A stretch of 64,000 bases of DNA from Octopus vulgaris (Eukaryota). Below the pieces are notes generated by a model that saw nothing but the letters and a program-made list of their open reading frames with translations, had not been told where the DNA came from and ran no database searches. The position numbers were made by a program, and so were the translations under genes. Location of the stretch: positions 81,344,001 to 81,408,000 of the forward strand of contig OX597815.1 in NCBI GenBank assembly GCA_951406725.2. Direction: 5' to 3'. Within the stretch, counting starts at the first letter, position 1. Every line of letters starts with the position of its first letter. This document shows positions 1-11,830 of this stretch, piece by piece.

Positions 1-250
1 GGGTGTTGCGTTGTGTTCTTGAGCAAAGTACTTCATTTCATGCTGCTCTGCGAACATTTCGTCGTCTGGCATGTGGCATGTCATGTAGCGTGGTACATCA
101 TGCACCTGTACAGTTAATGTCGACTTGATGGAGGGAGTGCACTTAGGTAAACATAAACATTTGATCACTATAAACAAATCATCTGTGTGGTTGTTCAGCA
201 AGAAATTGCAGAACCCTCATACATCATCTAATGACGGGAGAGTCCATGAT
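1..250 (+). mobile_element. Degenerate SINE fragment (truncated by window edge)
   Basis: TTGTGTTCTTGAGCAAAGTACTTCATTTCA resembles the conserved central-domain motif of tRNA-derived SINEs (..CCTTGRGCAAG..ACTT..). Family not determined. Confidence 0.4.
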
Positions 251-615
251 ATATTCACACACACAGGCACAGAAGTGCAGCAGCAAAATTTGCTTAGGAG
301 TGCAAACTTAAGTTCGAAACTTCTTCACAAACAGGGTTGATTTTTTTCAATTTTAATATCAAAACAAATACAGGTATATATAATAATTATAATAATAATA
401 ATAATAATATTTGTGCATAAATAGAAATTGGATACCTGTAATGATGGAAAAGTAATGGCTCGAATCAGTTCCAAATGTTTCTATGTTCATTCATTTTGGC
501 AATGAAGTTTTTCAGGAGGATGTTCAAAGTGCTTTCACTGCCACACAATAATTTTAGGGTGCACACTTGCATCCCCTGTACCCTCTGTTCCTAAGACATT
601 GACATATGTGCATAC

Positions 616-646
<31 letters not shown>

Positions 647-716
647 TTTATCTATTTACTGTGTGTGTGTGCGTATGCATTATATATATATACATATATA
701 TATATATGTGTGTGTG

Positions 717-752
<36 letters not shown>

Positions 753-1913
753 TCTCCAACCATATCATGCTTAAAAAGTAGAAGTCAAATGATAATATTC
801 ATTGTGGAAAAAGCAAAACAAACAGTCTCTTCAGCCAAGATCCTGTTTGAAATTGACAGTTTGGGAAATATGCTGCAAATTGCAAATTAGCAGTAATTGG
901 GCAGCTAATTAGCAAAATGAGAAGCTGATAATTTTGATGTTAGTGATGTCATTTGAAAAAAAGGAAATTTATAACTAACAACTGGAATAGGTTTTAATAC
1001 TGATATAATAATGACCAAAAGAAAAAGTATGATCATCTTCTGTGACCAATGGATGAGATTGCAAATGGATTAACACAGATTTGATGGGTGATGGTAGTGA
1101 CAGATAACTGTTCTGAAGGACTTCGGGTGCATTTGAAATGTAGGAAGAACATAGTGTCATCCTCATCATTTAGAATCCATTTTTCCATGCTCGCATGTAT
1201 CAGATAGAATTTATCAAGGTTTTCTGCCCTTCTTGTTGCCAACCTTCACTCATTTCCCGAACACTCATGACAATTCAAGAAGCTCATATGTTCAACCAGG
1301 GCCACAAATTAAGCTGACCTATCTAAAATTTTCCTGAGAGAGAAAATATGTGTTGGGTTTATGAGTTTGTTTGTGTCTGTGAGAGAGTACAAGTACCCAT
1401 GAACTGGTGCATCCACGAGCGAGTGGGAGGGGAGAGAGAGAGAAAGGAGTAGATGTGTACTTGTATGTGAGCATATGCCCATCAGCTGTTTGTCTGCACA
1501 GCTGTGCATGTGTATATAGACGCATAAATGTATGTCTGCACAGATGCATGTGTTTCATCAGTATTTGTGTACTTAAATGTGTGTATTTGTGGGCGTAGGT
1601 TTGTATGCACAGCTAGTGGTAGAATTATGCAACTGTCAAAGGGTAATGGAGATAATTCGGAGAAGCAATGACATCTATAACATTCATGAAGAAGAGTACA
1701 TGGCTTACAAATATTTACAGAATTTAATTCAAAAACATTGGTGTCACATAAATTGGTAGAAACGTTAGAGATCATTGTCATTTAACATCCACTTTTTCAT
1801 GCTTTGCATGAGTCAGAATTTAAGGCAGATTTTCTACAGCCAAATTCCATTCCTATTGCTAACCCTTATCTATTTTCAAACAAGGTAATATTTTCTCATG
1901 GTGTCACACACAC

Positions 1914-2085
1914 ATCATCAAACACCCATTTTCCATGTTGGTATGGGTCGGACAGGAGCTGGCCAGCTAGAGAGCTGCCCAGGCCCCAATTGTCTGTTTT
2001 GGCATGATTTCTATGGCTGGATGCCCTTCCTAATGCCAACCTCTTTACAGAGTGTACTGGATGCTTTTTATGTGGCACCAGCATG
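1914..2085 (-). mobile_element. Short interspersed repeat with (TGA)n tail (AGGAAGGGCATCCAGCC family), degenerate
   Basis: The reverse complement contains GGTTGGCATTAGGAAGGGCATCCAGCCATAGAAA and ACCCATACCAACATGGAAAA..TTTGATGATG. It matches the copies at 2259-2362 and 57352-57478. Confidence 0.65.
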
Positions 2086-2258
2086 GGTACATCTTAAATG
2101 ACGTCGACACGAGTGCTTTTTTTTTCCATGTCAATAGCTAGAGTTATAAACACGTTTGTGTAAATGCGCACGCACCCACACCCACACACACACACACATA
2201 TATATATATATAAAAGCCAAGAGAGACCATAGTCATGGCTTCCGGTGTCAGGTCAATG

Positions 2259-2362
2259 GCACCTGTGCTGGTGGCACGTAAAAAGCACTCACTACACTAT
2301 CAGAGTGGTTGGCATTAAGAAGTGCATCCAGCCATAGAAACCTTATCAAATTAGATTGGAAC
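2259..2362 (+). mobile_element. Same SINE-like family, 3'-truncated by the adjacent HHR-bearing insertion
   Basis: GGTTGGCATTAAGAAGTGCATCCAGCCATAGAAAC..TCAAATTAGATTGG parallels GAAGGGCATCCAGCCGTAGAAAC..CCAGATCAGACTGG at 57352. Confidence 0.6.
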
Positions 2363-2557
2363 TATATATAGTTAATCCAAACATGAAAACACAACAACGC
2401 AAGGGTGTGGAACAAGTATAGTATTATTGGACGCTCAGGAAAGGAAAGAAAGAAGGAGGAGGATTTAACATTTCGAGCGGAGCTCTTCGTCAGAAACATA
2501 GGAAAAGGAAAGATCCAAGGAAGGGAAGACGGTGGGAAAAAAAAAATTGCAAACGAT

Positions 2558-2570
<13 letters not shown>
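2362..2570 (-). mobile_element. Solo PLE 3' terminal repeat (pLTR) of the Neptune-like family
   Basis: The reverse complement aligns with 51450-51615 (GGATCTTTC, TATGTTTCYGACGAAGAGCTCCGCTCGAAAYGT, TTTCCTGAGCG, AATAATACTRTA, TTGTTCC). It is bounded by AT/AC repeats. Confidence 0.75.
2463..2497 (-). ncRNA. Minimal type I hammerhead ribozyme
   Basis: The minus strand reads GUUU-CUGACGA-A-GAGC(UCC)GCUC-GAAA-UG-UU-AAAU. This gives a canonical CUGANGA/GAAA core, 4-bp stem II, very short stem III and stem I GUUU/AAAU. Confidence 0.75.
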
Positions 2571-2594
<24 letters not shown>

Positions 2595-3304
2595 CTTTAT
2601 TTAAAGCAGCAGAAAATTCAACAAAATCTGTTACTCTCTCTCTATATATATATGGACAGAGGCTTATAGATTGATTTGGGCTAAACTGTGTGTGCGTGCA
2701 TGCATGGTCGCTGGGGTTAGAAATCTATATTTAAAGGTTTCATATGGCTAACCTTGTCTAGCAACTGCACTCATCAGTAGAGAGAAAGGAATACACATAA
2801 TGGTCATATATTTACACACACACACACACACACTTATTTGCACAGGAGTGGAGAACCCTTACTCCCAATACCTTTCATGATCAGTGGTAGGTAAAGCATT
2901 CATTATGAGATTCTGTTTATGGCTGGGCTTATAATAAAAATGAATGAATTTTTTATGAATCAACAACACCGTTATCACCATCATCATCATCAATGTGGAT
3001 ATGCAATTATCATTTTTAGCTAAGTAACAAGGCATGGGAGGTGGTAGAGGGAATAGAAAAAAATGAAACATGGGAAGGACAAGAAGGGATATGGGCTTTC
3101 TCTCTCTCTCTCTCTCTCGCTCTCTCACATACACATACTCAAACGCACACATATGTATGTATGAGGGGGAAGAGATAGACAGAGACACAAAGAGAGAACT
3201 AGAGATCAAAAATAGAGAAATAGAGAGACAGGAAGAAACAAATAGTGAATGTGGGTAGGGGCTAAATTGAATGAAATGCAACAAAAAAGTGATGAGTCAG
3301 TGTC

Positions 3305-3336
<32 letters not shown>

Positions 3337-5753
3337 AATTAATAAGTAGGGGGGAAGTGTGTGGCTAAATTACAGTGAAAAACCAATCAAACCATAACCA
3401 CAAACAACCCACATCAAACCAAACTGATCACCACCATCAACACAGTGAAGTTTTTTTAAAGTGCAACGTGTGGTGGTGGTGGTGGTGGTGGTGGTGGTTG
3501 TGGAGGTAGTGGTACCGGTGGTGGTGAAGTGGTAGGATATTAATGCTGATTTTGTACTGCACAGTGGGAGGTAATTGAAAATATAATGGTGGTGATGGTG
3601 GTGGTTGGTAGTGACTGAAGCAGCTGGTGTGGATAAATCATTTTTTTTTCTTTTTTCGTTTTTCATATTAAATCATTTTTTCCTTTATGCATTGTAAGCA
3701 ACCTTTGTTTATTAATACCAAACATCCAAAAGTTTATTGGTGTTGACTCTAGTACATATTGGTGTACAAGCACTGGTGGCGGTAGTAGTAGTAGTTTACT
3801 GGTGCAGATATAAGTAATGGTACTATTTACAGTCAACTGGAGTGGCTAGTGTTGTTGTTGTCATTACTGCTGCTGTTGTTGTTGTTACTGTTGTTATATT
3901 TCCTCTAAAGCAGTGCTTAGATTTGTGCAGAATTAAGATATTGAATAGAAACCTAGCCATGACTATTCATTCTTTTCTTCAGACAAGTGCATCCAGGACT
4001 GAATACATTTCCAATAGGATAAGATGAGAAGAATTTGTTGGTATTCTTAGCAGGTTGAGCAACTACGCAGATGCTCCTCCACTATCCATGCTGGAGTGAC
4101 TGATGGTGACAGAACTTCGATGCAGGAAATTCATTTCTAACCTAGGCACAAGGCCTCAAATCTCAGAGTAGGCTGTGCATTTTTGATAAAAAAAATTGCC
4201 TCCTATACTGGACTTGGACAAAGTTTTATGGAAGCCAAAAAGTCAATACTAGCAGGAGTTGAACCAAGAGGGTAAAGAATTCAGTCATAACTGAAAACTT
4301 GCAAGGCATACTTCTCTTATGTTCAACAAATTCTGTCAATCCAGTTCAAAATGTGGAATAAATTTTATGCCATTCAGGAAGAGAAAAGTTTAACATTTCA
4401 GGAAGACTCTATTGTCAGAGTGGAAGGAAATACCAAATTTGGGGAGAGAGAGGACATAAAAGCAGCAGTACTAATCATCATCATCATCCTAATTATTATT
4501 AACTAAATATTAATCAAATGGCTCATGTTATTTTGACTACAGCCTCTTATATTCTGAGTTCAAATCCCACCATGATCGACTTTGCCTATATAAATGAACA
4601 GTCAAAGTACTGGAGCCAATTTACTCATATTTCTAGACTCGTGCCTATGAGAGAGAGAGAATTTGTAGATTCCTTAGAATGTTTGATGAAATGACTTGTG
4701 GCAGTTTTTCCAGCTAATGTCTTGAGTCTGAATCTTGTGAAGGCTGCCTTAATCTTTCTTAGACCAACGGAATAAAGCACCAATCGGGTACTGGGGATGA
4801 GACTAACTCTTTCCCCTAAAACATTGCTAGTTTTATGCCTAAATTAAAAACAATAATTACTGCCATCGCTATCATCGTCAACATCAACATCAGGGCACCA
4901 GCTTGGTGAAAATGTTGGAGTGTTTGCAAAATGGTTTTGCAGCATTTATTCTGGCTTTTTTTATAGTCTGGGCTCAAAACGTACTCTGCCTTTCATCTTT
5001 CGGGGTTGATACATTAAATTATCAATCAAGAAAAAAAAGTTCATTGTATTGCTATAACCCCCCAATCAAAATTGTTGGCCATATGCCTAAATTAGGAACC
5101 TTTATTATGCAAATTGTAATTGTTTTATTAGTTATTTTTCTATGTAATCCCCACTGCCCTTTGTCTTTCGCATTGTCCTATATGTTTTTTGTACTCCTTG
5201 AGGCCAATGATTAATAATAAGAATAATAATTATCATAATTGTATTGGCATAATGCCTTGTGATATTTAGTTATGCCCTTTTTAATATCCAAATTCAAGTC
5301 CCCCCACAAGGTCAGCTTTGCTTTTCATCCTTCTTCGATGGATAAAATAAAAGTAGAGTATTGATTCAATCTTTAATGGGCTGTAACCTCTCTCTCTCGT
5401 GGCCTTGCACCTATGTTAGGAAAACAGCAGTAGTATAGTGATGATGGTAGAAAGAAAGAGAGAGAGAGAGAGAAAGAGATGAGGAAGAAATGATAGAAAT
5501 TGAGGATGCATGGAGAAGGCATGATAGCAGGGGAAAACGGGGACAGGAACATTGCAGGGGTAAAGGTCCTTCTCCTCATGATAACAAGAAGTAATAACAA
5601 ACAGCAAAAGGTCAAATGACAGTGGGTAGTGGTGGGTAAATGGAGAGGACAGGAAAAGGAGTGGGAAACAAAGAGGTAAATAGAAGCTGGTAGGGGTAGT
5701 ATTGCAGACAATGCGAAATAAGATCACTAGTAAAATTTGGACAATAATGTGTA

Positions 5754-5815
<62 letters not shown>

Positions 5816-6695
5816 CAAATGAATGAATGATAAATGCACACACATCACATAAAAGTACATACACAGACTAGTGAACATATATTTTCTATTTGTCAATACA
5901 TGAACATGCCTGAAATAATTATATAGAAAGAGATAGGCATAGTTTGTACTGTTGAGAAATCAGCTTTCCAGCCCTGTGGATCTAGGTTCGATCCCAATGC
6001 ATGGTACCTCGGGTAAGTATTTTCTACAATCGTTTCAGGTAGATTAACATCTCAATAGTGCATTTTACTTGCGTGGAAACAGGTAAGAATTTTTAACAGG
6101 AAGGGCAAAAATTCTATCTGACCCACAAAATCATGAAAAAGTGGATATTAAATGATAAAGATATTATATCTACATGCTGAGACCCTCTTCTGTCATGACT
6201 GACCATGGGATTGCACCTAAAAAGTTACCCTCCCAGGCATAAGTCTGGGCAAGATTGTTTATGGAAGACCAGCAATCGCCCATGCTATATATAGAGCTGA
6301 CCTGGGGCTAAACGATAACCTCAACAATTTATTATCACAAAACCCAATAATCACAATCAGTACCCAGCCCACCCTTCCTTTTTACATATACGCATGATTA
6401 TTTATGTACCTACACGCACTATGTCAAGTTGACATGGAATTTCTGCCAGGGTGAAACAGGACATGAAAGAGCATGAGATAAAATGATAAACAGAGTAACA
6501 AATAGATACCACAACTACTACAACCAATAATAATAATAATAATAATAACAATAATTATAATTGCTTTTAATGGCCACAAGAGCCAAAACTTTGGGGGATA
6601 ATAAAGAGATGAAATAGCAAAAAAAAAAAAAAAATGAAATCAAAGATGAGGACAAGAGATTTGTGGTGCGAAAGGGCAAGACTGACAATAACAAT

Positions 6696-6698
<3 letters not shown>

Positions 6699-6791
<93 letters not shown>

Positions 6792-6810
6792 CATACATAC
6801 ATATATATAT

Positions 6811-6843
<33 letters not shown>

Positions 6844-7074
6844 TATATACATACATACATACATACATATATATATATACATACATACATACATATATAT
6901 ATATACATACATACATATATATATATACATACATACATACATACATATATATACATACATACATACATATATATATATACATACATACATATATATACAT
7001 ACATACATACATATATATATATACATACATACATACATATATATATATATACATACATACATATATATATATAT

Positions 7075-7107
<33 letters not shown>

Positions 7108-7172
7108 CATACATACATACATATATATATATACATACATACATATATATATATACATACATATATATATAT

Positions 7173-7205
<33 letters not shown>

Positions 7206-7272
7206 CATACATACATACATATATATATATACATACATACATACATATACATACATACATACATATATATAT

Positions 7273-7303
<31 letters not shown>

Positions 7304-7357
7304 CATACATATATACATACATACATATATATATATATACATACATATATACATACA

Positions 7358-7405
<48 letters not shown>

Positions 7406-7446
7406 CATGCATATATATATACATACATACATATATATATATATAT
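6699..7446. repeat. Compound (AT)n/(ATAC)n microsatellite, about 750 bp
   Basis: Direct inspection. It accounts for the YI/YIHT low-complexity ORFs at 6518-7561. Confidence 0.97.
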
Positions 7447-7932
7447 TGAACAAAATAACAAAAGGTTTTCCAAAGGGAGTGGAGGGAGGGCAACCACACA
7501 AGGTGATTTGGGGGCACCTCACACACAAACCCCAGCATACTTTGACATAAACCAGAGGCAAGAGAGGCTTCTCTCAGTTCGTGCAGCCAACCTAGAGAGA
7601 CACCATAGTTAGCAAAGGCAAAACAAAACCAACAAAAACAACAAAAAAGAAAAAGAAAATCAATAATACCTACACCCTCTTTCCACTTCTACCATCACAC
7701 ATGATACAACAACAATAACAACTAATACATCATCATCAACTACAACAACGCTACCTTTGTTGTTGCAGTTATGACCACAACAGCTGCTAATAACAAATAA
7801 TACATCCACCAACAATGACGTTCACTACCACTACTACCCTGGACACATACACACAAACACACAAAGAGCAACAATAATATAAACAATCTACGTCATCATC
7901 ATCATCATCATCATGAGTGGCTGAACAATGAA

Positions 7933-7986
<54 letters not shown>

Positions 7987-9373
7987 ATGACACTACATAC
8001 ACCACCCCAACTACTATTACCACCACTGCCATCATCACAACATCCTTACCACCAGCACAATCTTCCCTTCTATTATCACCAGAGCGATTACATCAATATC
8101 AACAACACAAATAAGCCTACATATATCCACAGCCACCACCTGCACCATTGCATTCTTGTAGGCCTGCTCAATCAGGGCTGACCGGGGGCTAAACAGCAAC
8201 CTCGACAATCTATTATTACAAAACCCAATAATCACAATCAGTACCCACTCCGCCCTTCTTTTTTAACTTCTGCCGAGAGCACAGTAACAACAAAAGAACC
8301 ATCGTGATATCAAGTGATCAGACAGAAAGGAAAAAGAGAAACAGCTTTTTTCTCTCTGCCATGAAGAAGTTCGATCTACTCCAGTACAGCAAACAGATCC
8401 TAGTAAGAATAACTCGTCACAACTTGAGTCCACTTAATGAACTTATGCTGCAGTCACCCACATTCAGACAAATACATACCCAATCAATCTCTGCTGCGAT
8501 GTTACGATTCCCTCAGTATGGCCCTCATTTAGGTAGGAACATAGCATATCTGTAATAAAAAAGATCTATGGGTTGCACCAAGTCATTCAGCCAATTTCCT
8601 ACAATGGTATGTGAGCAAACACATATCACTCAGAGCCAATGGATCTTATGCAACAATCTTGGGTTCGGTCTCATGGTGTGGCACCTCAGGCAAGTGTATT
8701 TAATTAAGACCCTGGTTCAACTAGTGCCTTAGAAATTTGATAGAAGGAAACTGAAATAAGCCCCCACGCCCCACTCTCTCTCTCTCACTCTCTCTCTCCC
8801 TGAGTGTATGTTTGTTTTTTTTGCTTAATGGTTAATCCAGCACTGGTTCAGCTAGAACTGATCTGAGAGTAAAAAACAACCATAGCCAGGACAGGCTAAA
8901 AGTAAGTTTGAGGTTAGTATATTGAGGACTAGATTCTCAGTTTCTTGTTCTTAAATATTCAGTCAGGTAAGAAAGAATTAACCGAACAACAAAAATCCAA
9001 AGAGAGAAATTCCAGATGGTTGCCCAAGAAGCTAAAAATTTACCAAAAATTCCCACAAATCACACCTTATTTCTAGATACACCACATCAATGATGAGATG
9101 GTCTTAGCTGGCTAGGGCACAGTTATTCATAAGTTTGGCTCATCAGGATTGCTGTAGGACCTTAAACAACTCCAACATCTCCTTCAATATTCTCTTGCAG
9201 ATTGTAGAATTACCTACACTGCTATTTTGAAAGCCATTTTTAAAAAATCTATCCTTTCAGTTAAGACTTAGAACTATACTATTTAAAGAACAAAACAAAA
9301 CGAAAAATAAGACGTCGTCAGTGAAGGTAAGTAAAATAGACAGGGAAGAATATGTGAACATGCAAAAGAAGCT

Positions 9374-9577
9374 ATCTTGTGTTTTGGGAGGGTCACCAAA
9401 CCAATAATAAACATGCACTGGTTGAATATCACCTCTTTATTATGAGGTGATATTCACCTTTATTTAATATCAAACCAACTAATTGATCCTTTGTTTAATT
9501 TTGTTTAGCAGTAAAGTGATATTGAACCAGTGCGAGTGTTTATTATTACTGGCAAAGCGACCCTCCCAAGACAAGAT
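9374..9577. repeat. Imperfect fold-back (MITE-like) element with an internal perfect hairpin
   Basis: The left arm ATCTTGTGTTTTGGGAGGGTC..AATAATAAACATGCACTGGTTGAATATCAC is the approximate reverse complement of GTGATATTGAACCAGTGCGAGTGTTTATTATT..GACCCTCCCAAGACAAGAT. An inner 13-bp stem pairs 9423-9435 with 9444-9456. Confidence 0.7.
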
Positions 9578-11738
9578 TTGTTTCAATGTTCATATCAAGA
9601 ATCTTGCAATATATTCTAAGAACAAATGAAAGGGTTGGTAAGAAGCTAACAGAGAATACTGAATGGAGGGAGGAAGACTAAGACTCAGCAGCAAAGAGAG
9701 AGACAAATAGTCAAATACAGGGAGGGAGAAATAAAGTGAAAGGCAGGGGTCTACAGAGTTAAACCCCCTTTTCTGCTACAGAGCCAGAGAATAGACAAGA
9801 GAAAAAGAGAGAAATATGAAATAAAGAGGCGAGGGCGATCAAAGAGTATATAAGAAACAGTACTCCACCTCCTATTTGCCTCAACAAACAACATTCCACA
9901 AGGGACCATTTAACCTAGGAGTCAAAAGAACAAGTTACCAGATGAGTTAATGAAGAGACCAGTATAGCAAGAAATACAATGAGAGAGAGAGAGGACTGGG
10001 AAGTAGCAAGAACGCAAGGTGATCAGGCTGATGCGAGGTGGGGGACCACTTAAGGAAAGGGGATAGAGAGTGAGAAAGTTTGTTTAATAAGGGAAGGAGA
10101 CATATGAGCCTTAAAACTAGATAAAGGGGCTCACTATGTGGGTGTTGAGGCCGCATACATAAACAGAATAGAGGAGGGATGATGTTCAATTGATAATATA
10201 GAACCCTAATCCGTATAGACAGAGATGGAGACAGATAACTGATGGTAGCTAGACAGACAGCCAGATAGATCACCAAAGAAGCAAAACTGCAGAATTATAT
10301 GGAAGGATGGCGGGAGTGAAGAGTTGATCGAAAGCCATGTCTTGTCATGTCTCTTCTATTCACAACACCGATGAAGCTGTGTACATTGCTAGCCTACTCA
10401 ACGGCCCACACCTTTCACATGCAATATTTTCTTCGTAGATCACATGGACGGATGATAACGATGACGATTTCTCACAGCGAAAACAAGCTACAGATTTGCA
10501 TATAAATTTGTCTGAAGCAACCAATCATTCCTGCCCGGATTTCAACTCAGAAATGTCAATAGATTCTTCTAAAGCTAAAATACCGTCACTGGCAAATAAT
10601 CATTTCGAACTTTGGCACAACACAGGGTCACAAATTTAGTAAAAAAAAATGGAGTGGGAGGAGTAAGTCGATTTCATACTGACCTCAGTGTATTACTGCT
10701 ATCAGTTTATTACACTTAAATAATGACGATTTGAACCAGAGGATTTAATCGACACTACTGACCCCAGTATTTGAGCTTGCCAGAATTGGAATCCAGAATG
10801 TAAGGAGCTGAAACAAATACAGCAAGGTATTTTGGTCCGACGCTCTAGCGATTCTGTCAGTCTACAACTACGACTAACAATAATAATAATAAGAAGAAAA
10901 ATAATATCCCTTTCCTCATTGGCTACAAGGGACACAAAAACCATTTAGGACAATACAAAGATTAAAGTAAAAATAATCGTTTCCAACATTGGCACCAGAC
11001 CATAAGTTGTTTGGGTGAGGGCAGATGTAGAGTCGATTAATGTAGATCGCCAGTGCATGACTGATGACTAAGATAAAAAAAAAATACATTACATCAAAAC
11101 CAGAATTGCAGACTTCTTACTGGAGTCAAAAATTATCGGCGCACATGCATGGAATAAACAACTACTGCCACTACAAATTCGAAGTATTGAAGACTCTCGT
11201 TACATGAACAAGATACAGCACTGACTTTAGAACACACATGACACTCTCCAGTATGTATCCCGCCACAATATTATATTCGTCACCTAAGCAACACTGCCGT
11301 CTTCATCAGTGTTCAAACATATACACACGATACTAGGTCTACAACCAACGCATTACTTGTAACACTGAATTCACAGAACCCTACATCGAATTACCTATGC
11401 AACAGCACTTCATACTTCGATTCACGAGTCAACAAGGGAGCTTCGAAATAAGATCGTTCCTGTCTAGGAACAACACCAGAATCTCTCTGAAATCAAAAGC
11501 TACTATTTTTGAAAAAAAGAATAGATCAGATAAATTTCTGGCGACCGTTTTTAACTAGAAAGACGGATAGGTCAAAGCTGGAACGTCTTTGATCATAAAT
11601 GTCCTCGATTAAGGCTAGCGTAGACTGCCGAATAATCGGCGTCACATACCCTGCGAGAAGTATAAGCCGTCTCAATAAGAGACGAGGGACTAGGAAATGA
11701 AAACCCAGTATTGTGAGAAATTCACCATCACTCTGTAA

Positions 11739-11830
11739 GCGCTTGTCCAAGGGGCCACGCAACGGGCTTGAACCCGGAACCATCCATGTGATTGGGAAGC
11801 TATTTCTAACTACAGTCACGCCTGCGCCTA
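11739..11830 (-). mobile_element. 5' (tRNA-derived) head of the main SINE family, degenerate
   Basis: The reverse complement reads AGGCGCAGGCGTGACTGTAGTTAG..ATGGTTCCGGGTTCAAGCCCG..CCTTGGACAAGCG, matching the head at 27453 and 36779. Confidence 0.7.

Noticed and set aside
975-1310. Short minus-strand ORFs in non-repetitive sequence
   Set aside because: No recognisable motif or consistent splice signals; possibly an old transposon remnant.
6518-7561. Long ORFs of 270-350 aa (similar ones at 39.2, 55.6-58.9, 59.9 and 62 kb)
   Set aside because: Translations of AT/ATAC microsatellites that lack stop codons in several frames on both strands.
10368-10495. Hammerhead-like CCGATGA-A-GCTGTG ... CACAGC-GAAA
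   Set aside because: Stem II would have a roughly 90-nt loop, the core has U4C, and stems I and III are unconvincing; at most a decayed relic.
11100-11470. Possible GIY-YIG relic (EPYIEL..FILRF..QGSF)
   Set aside because: Too degenerate to support without an alignment.
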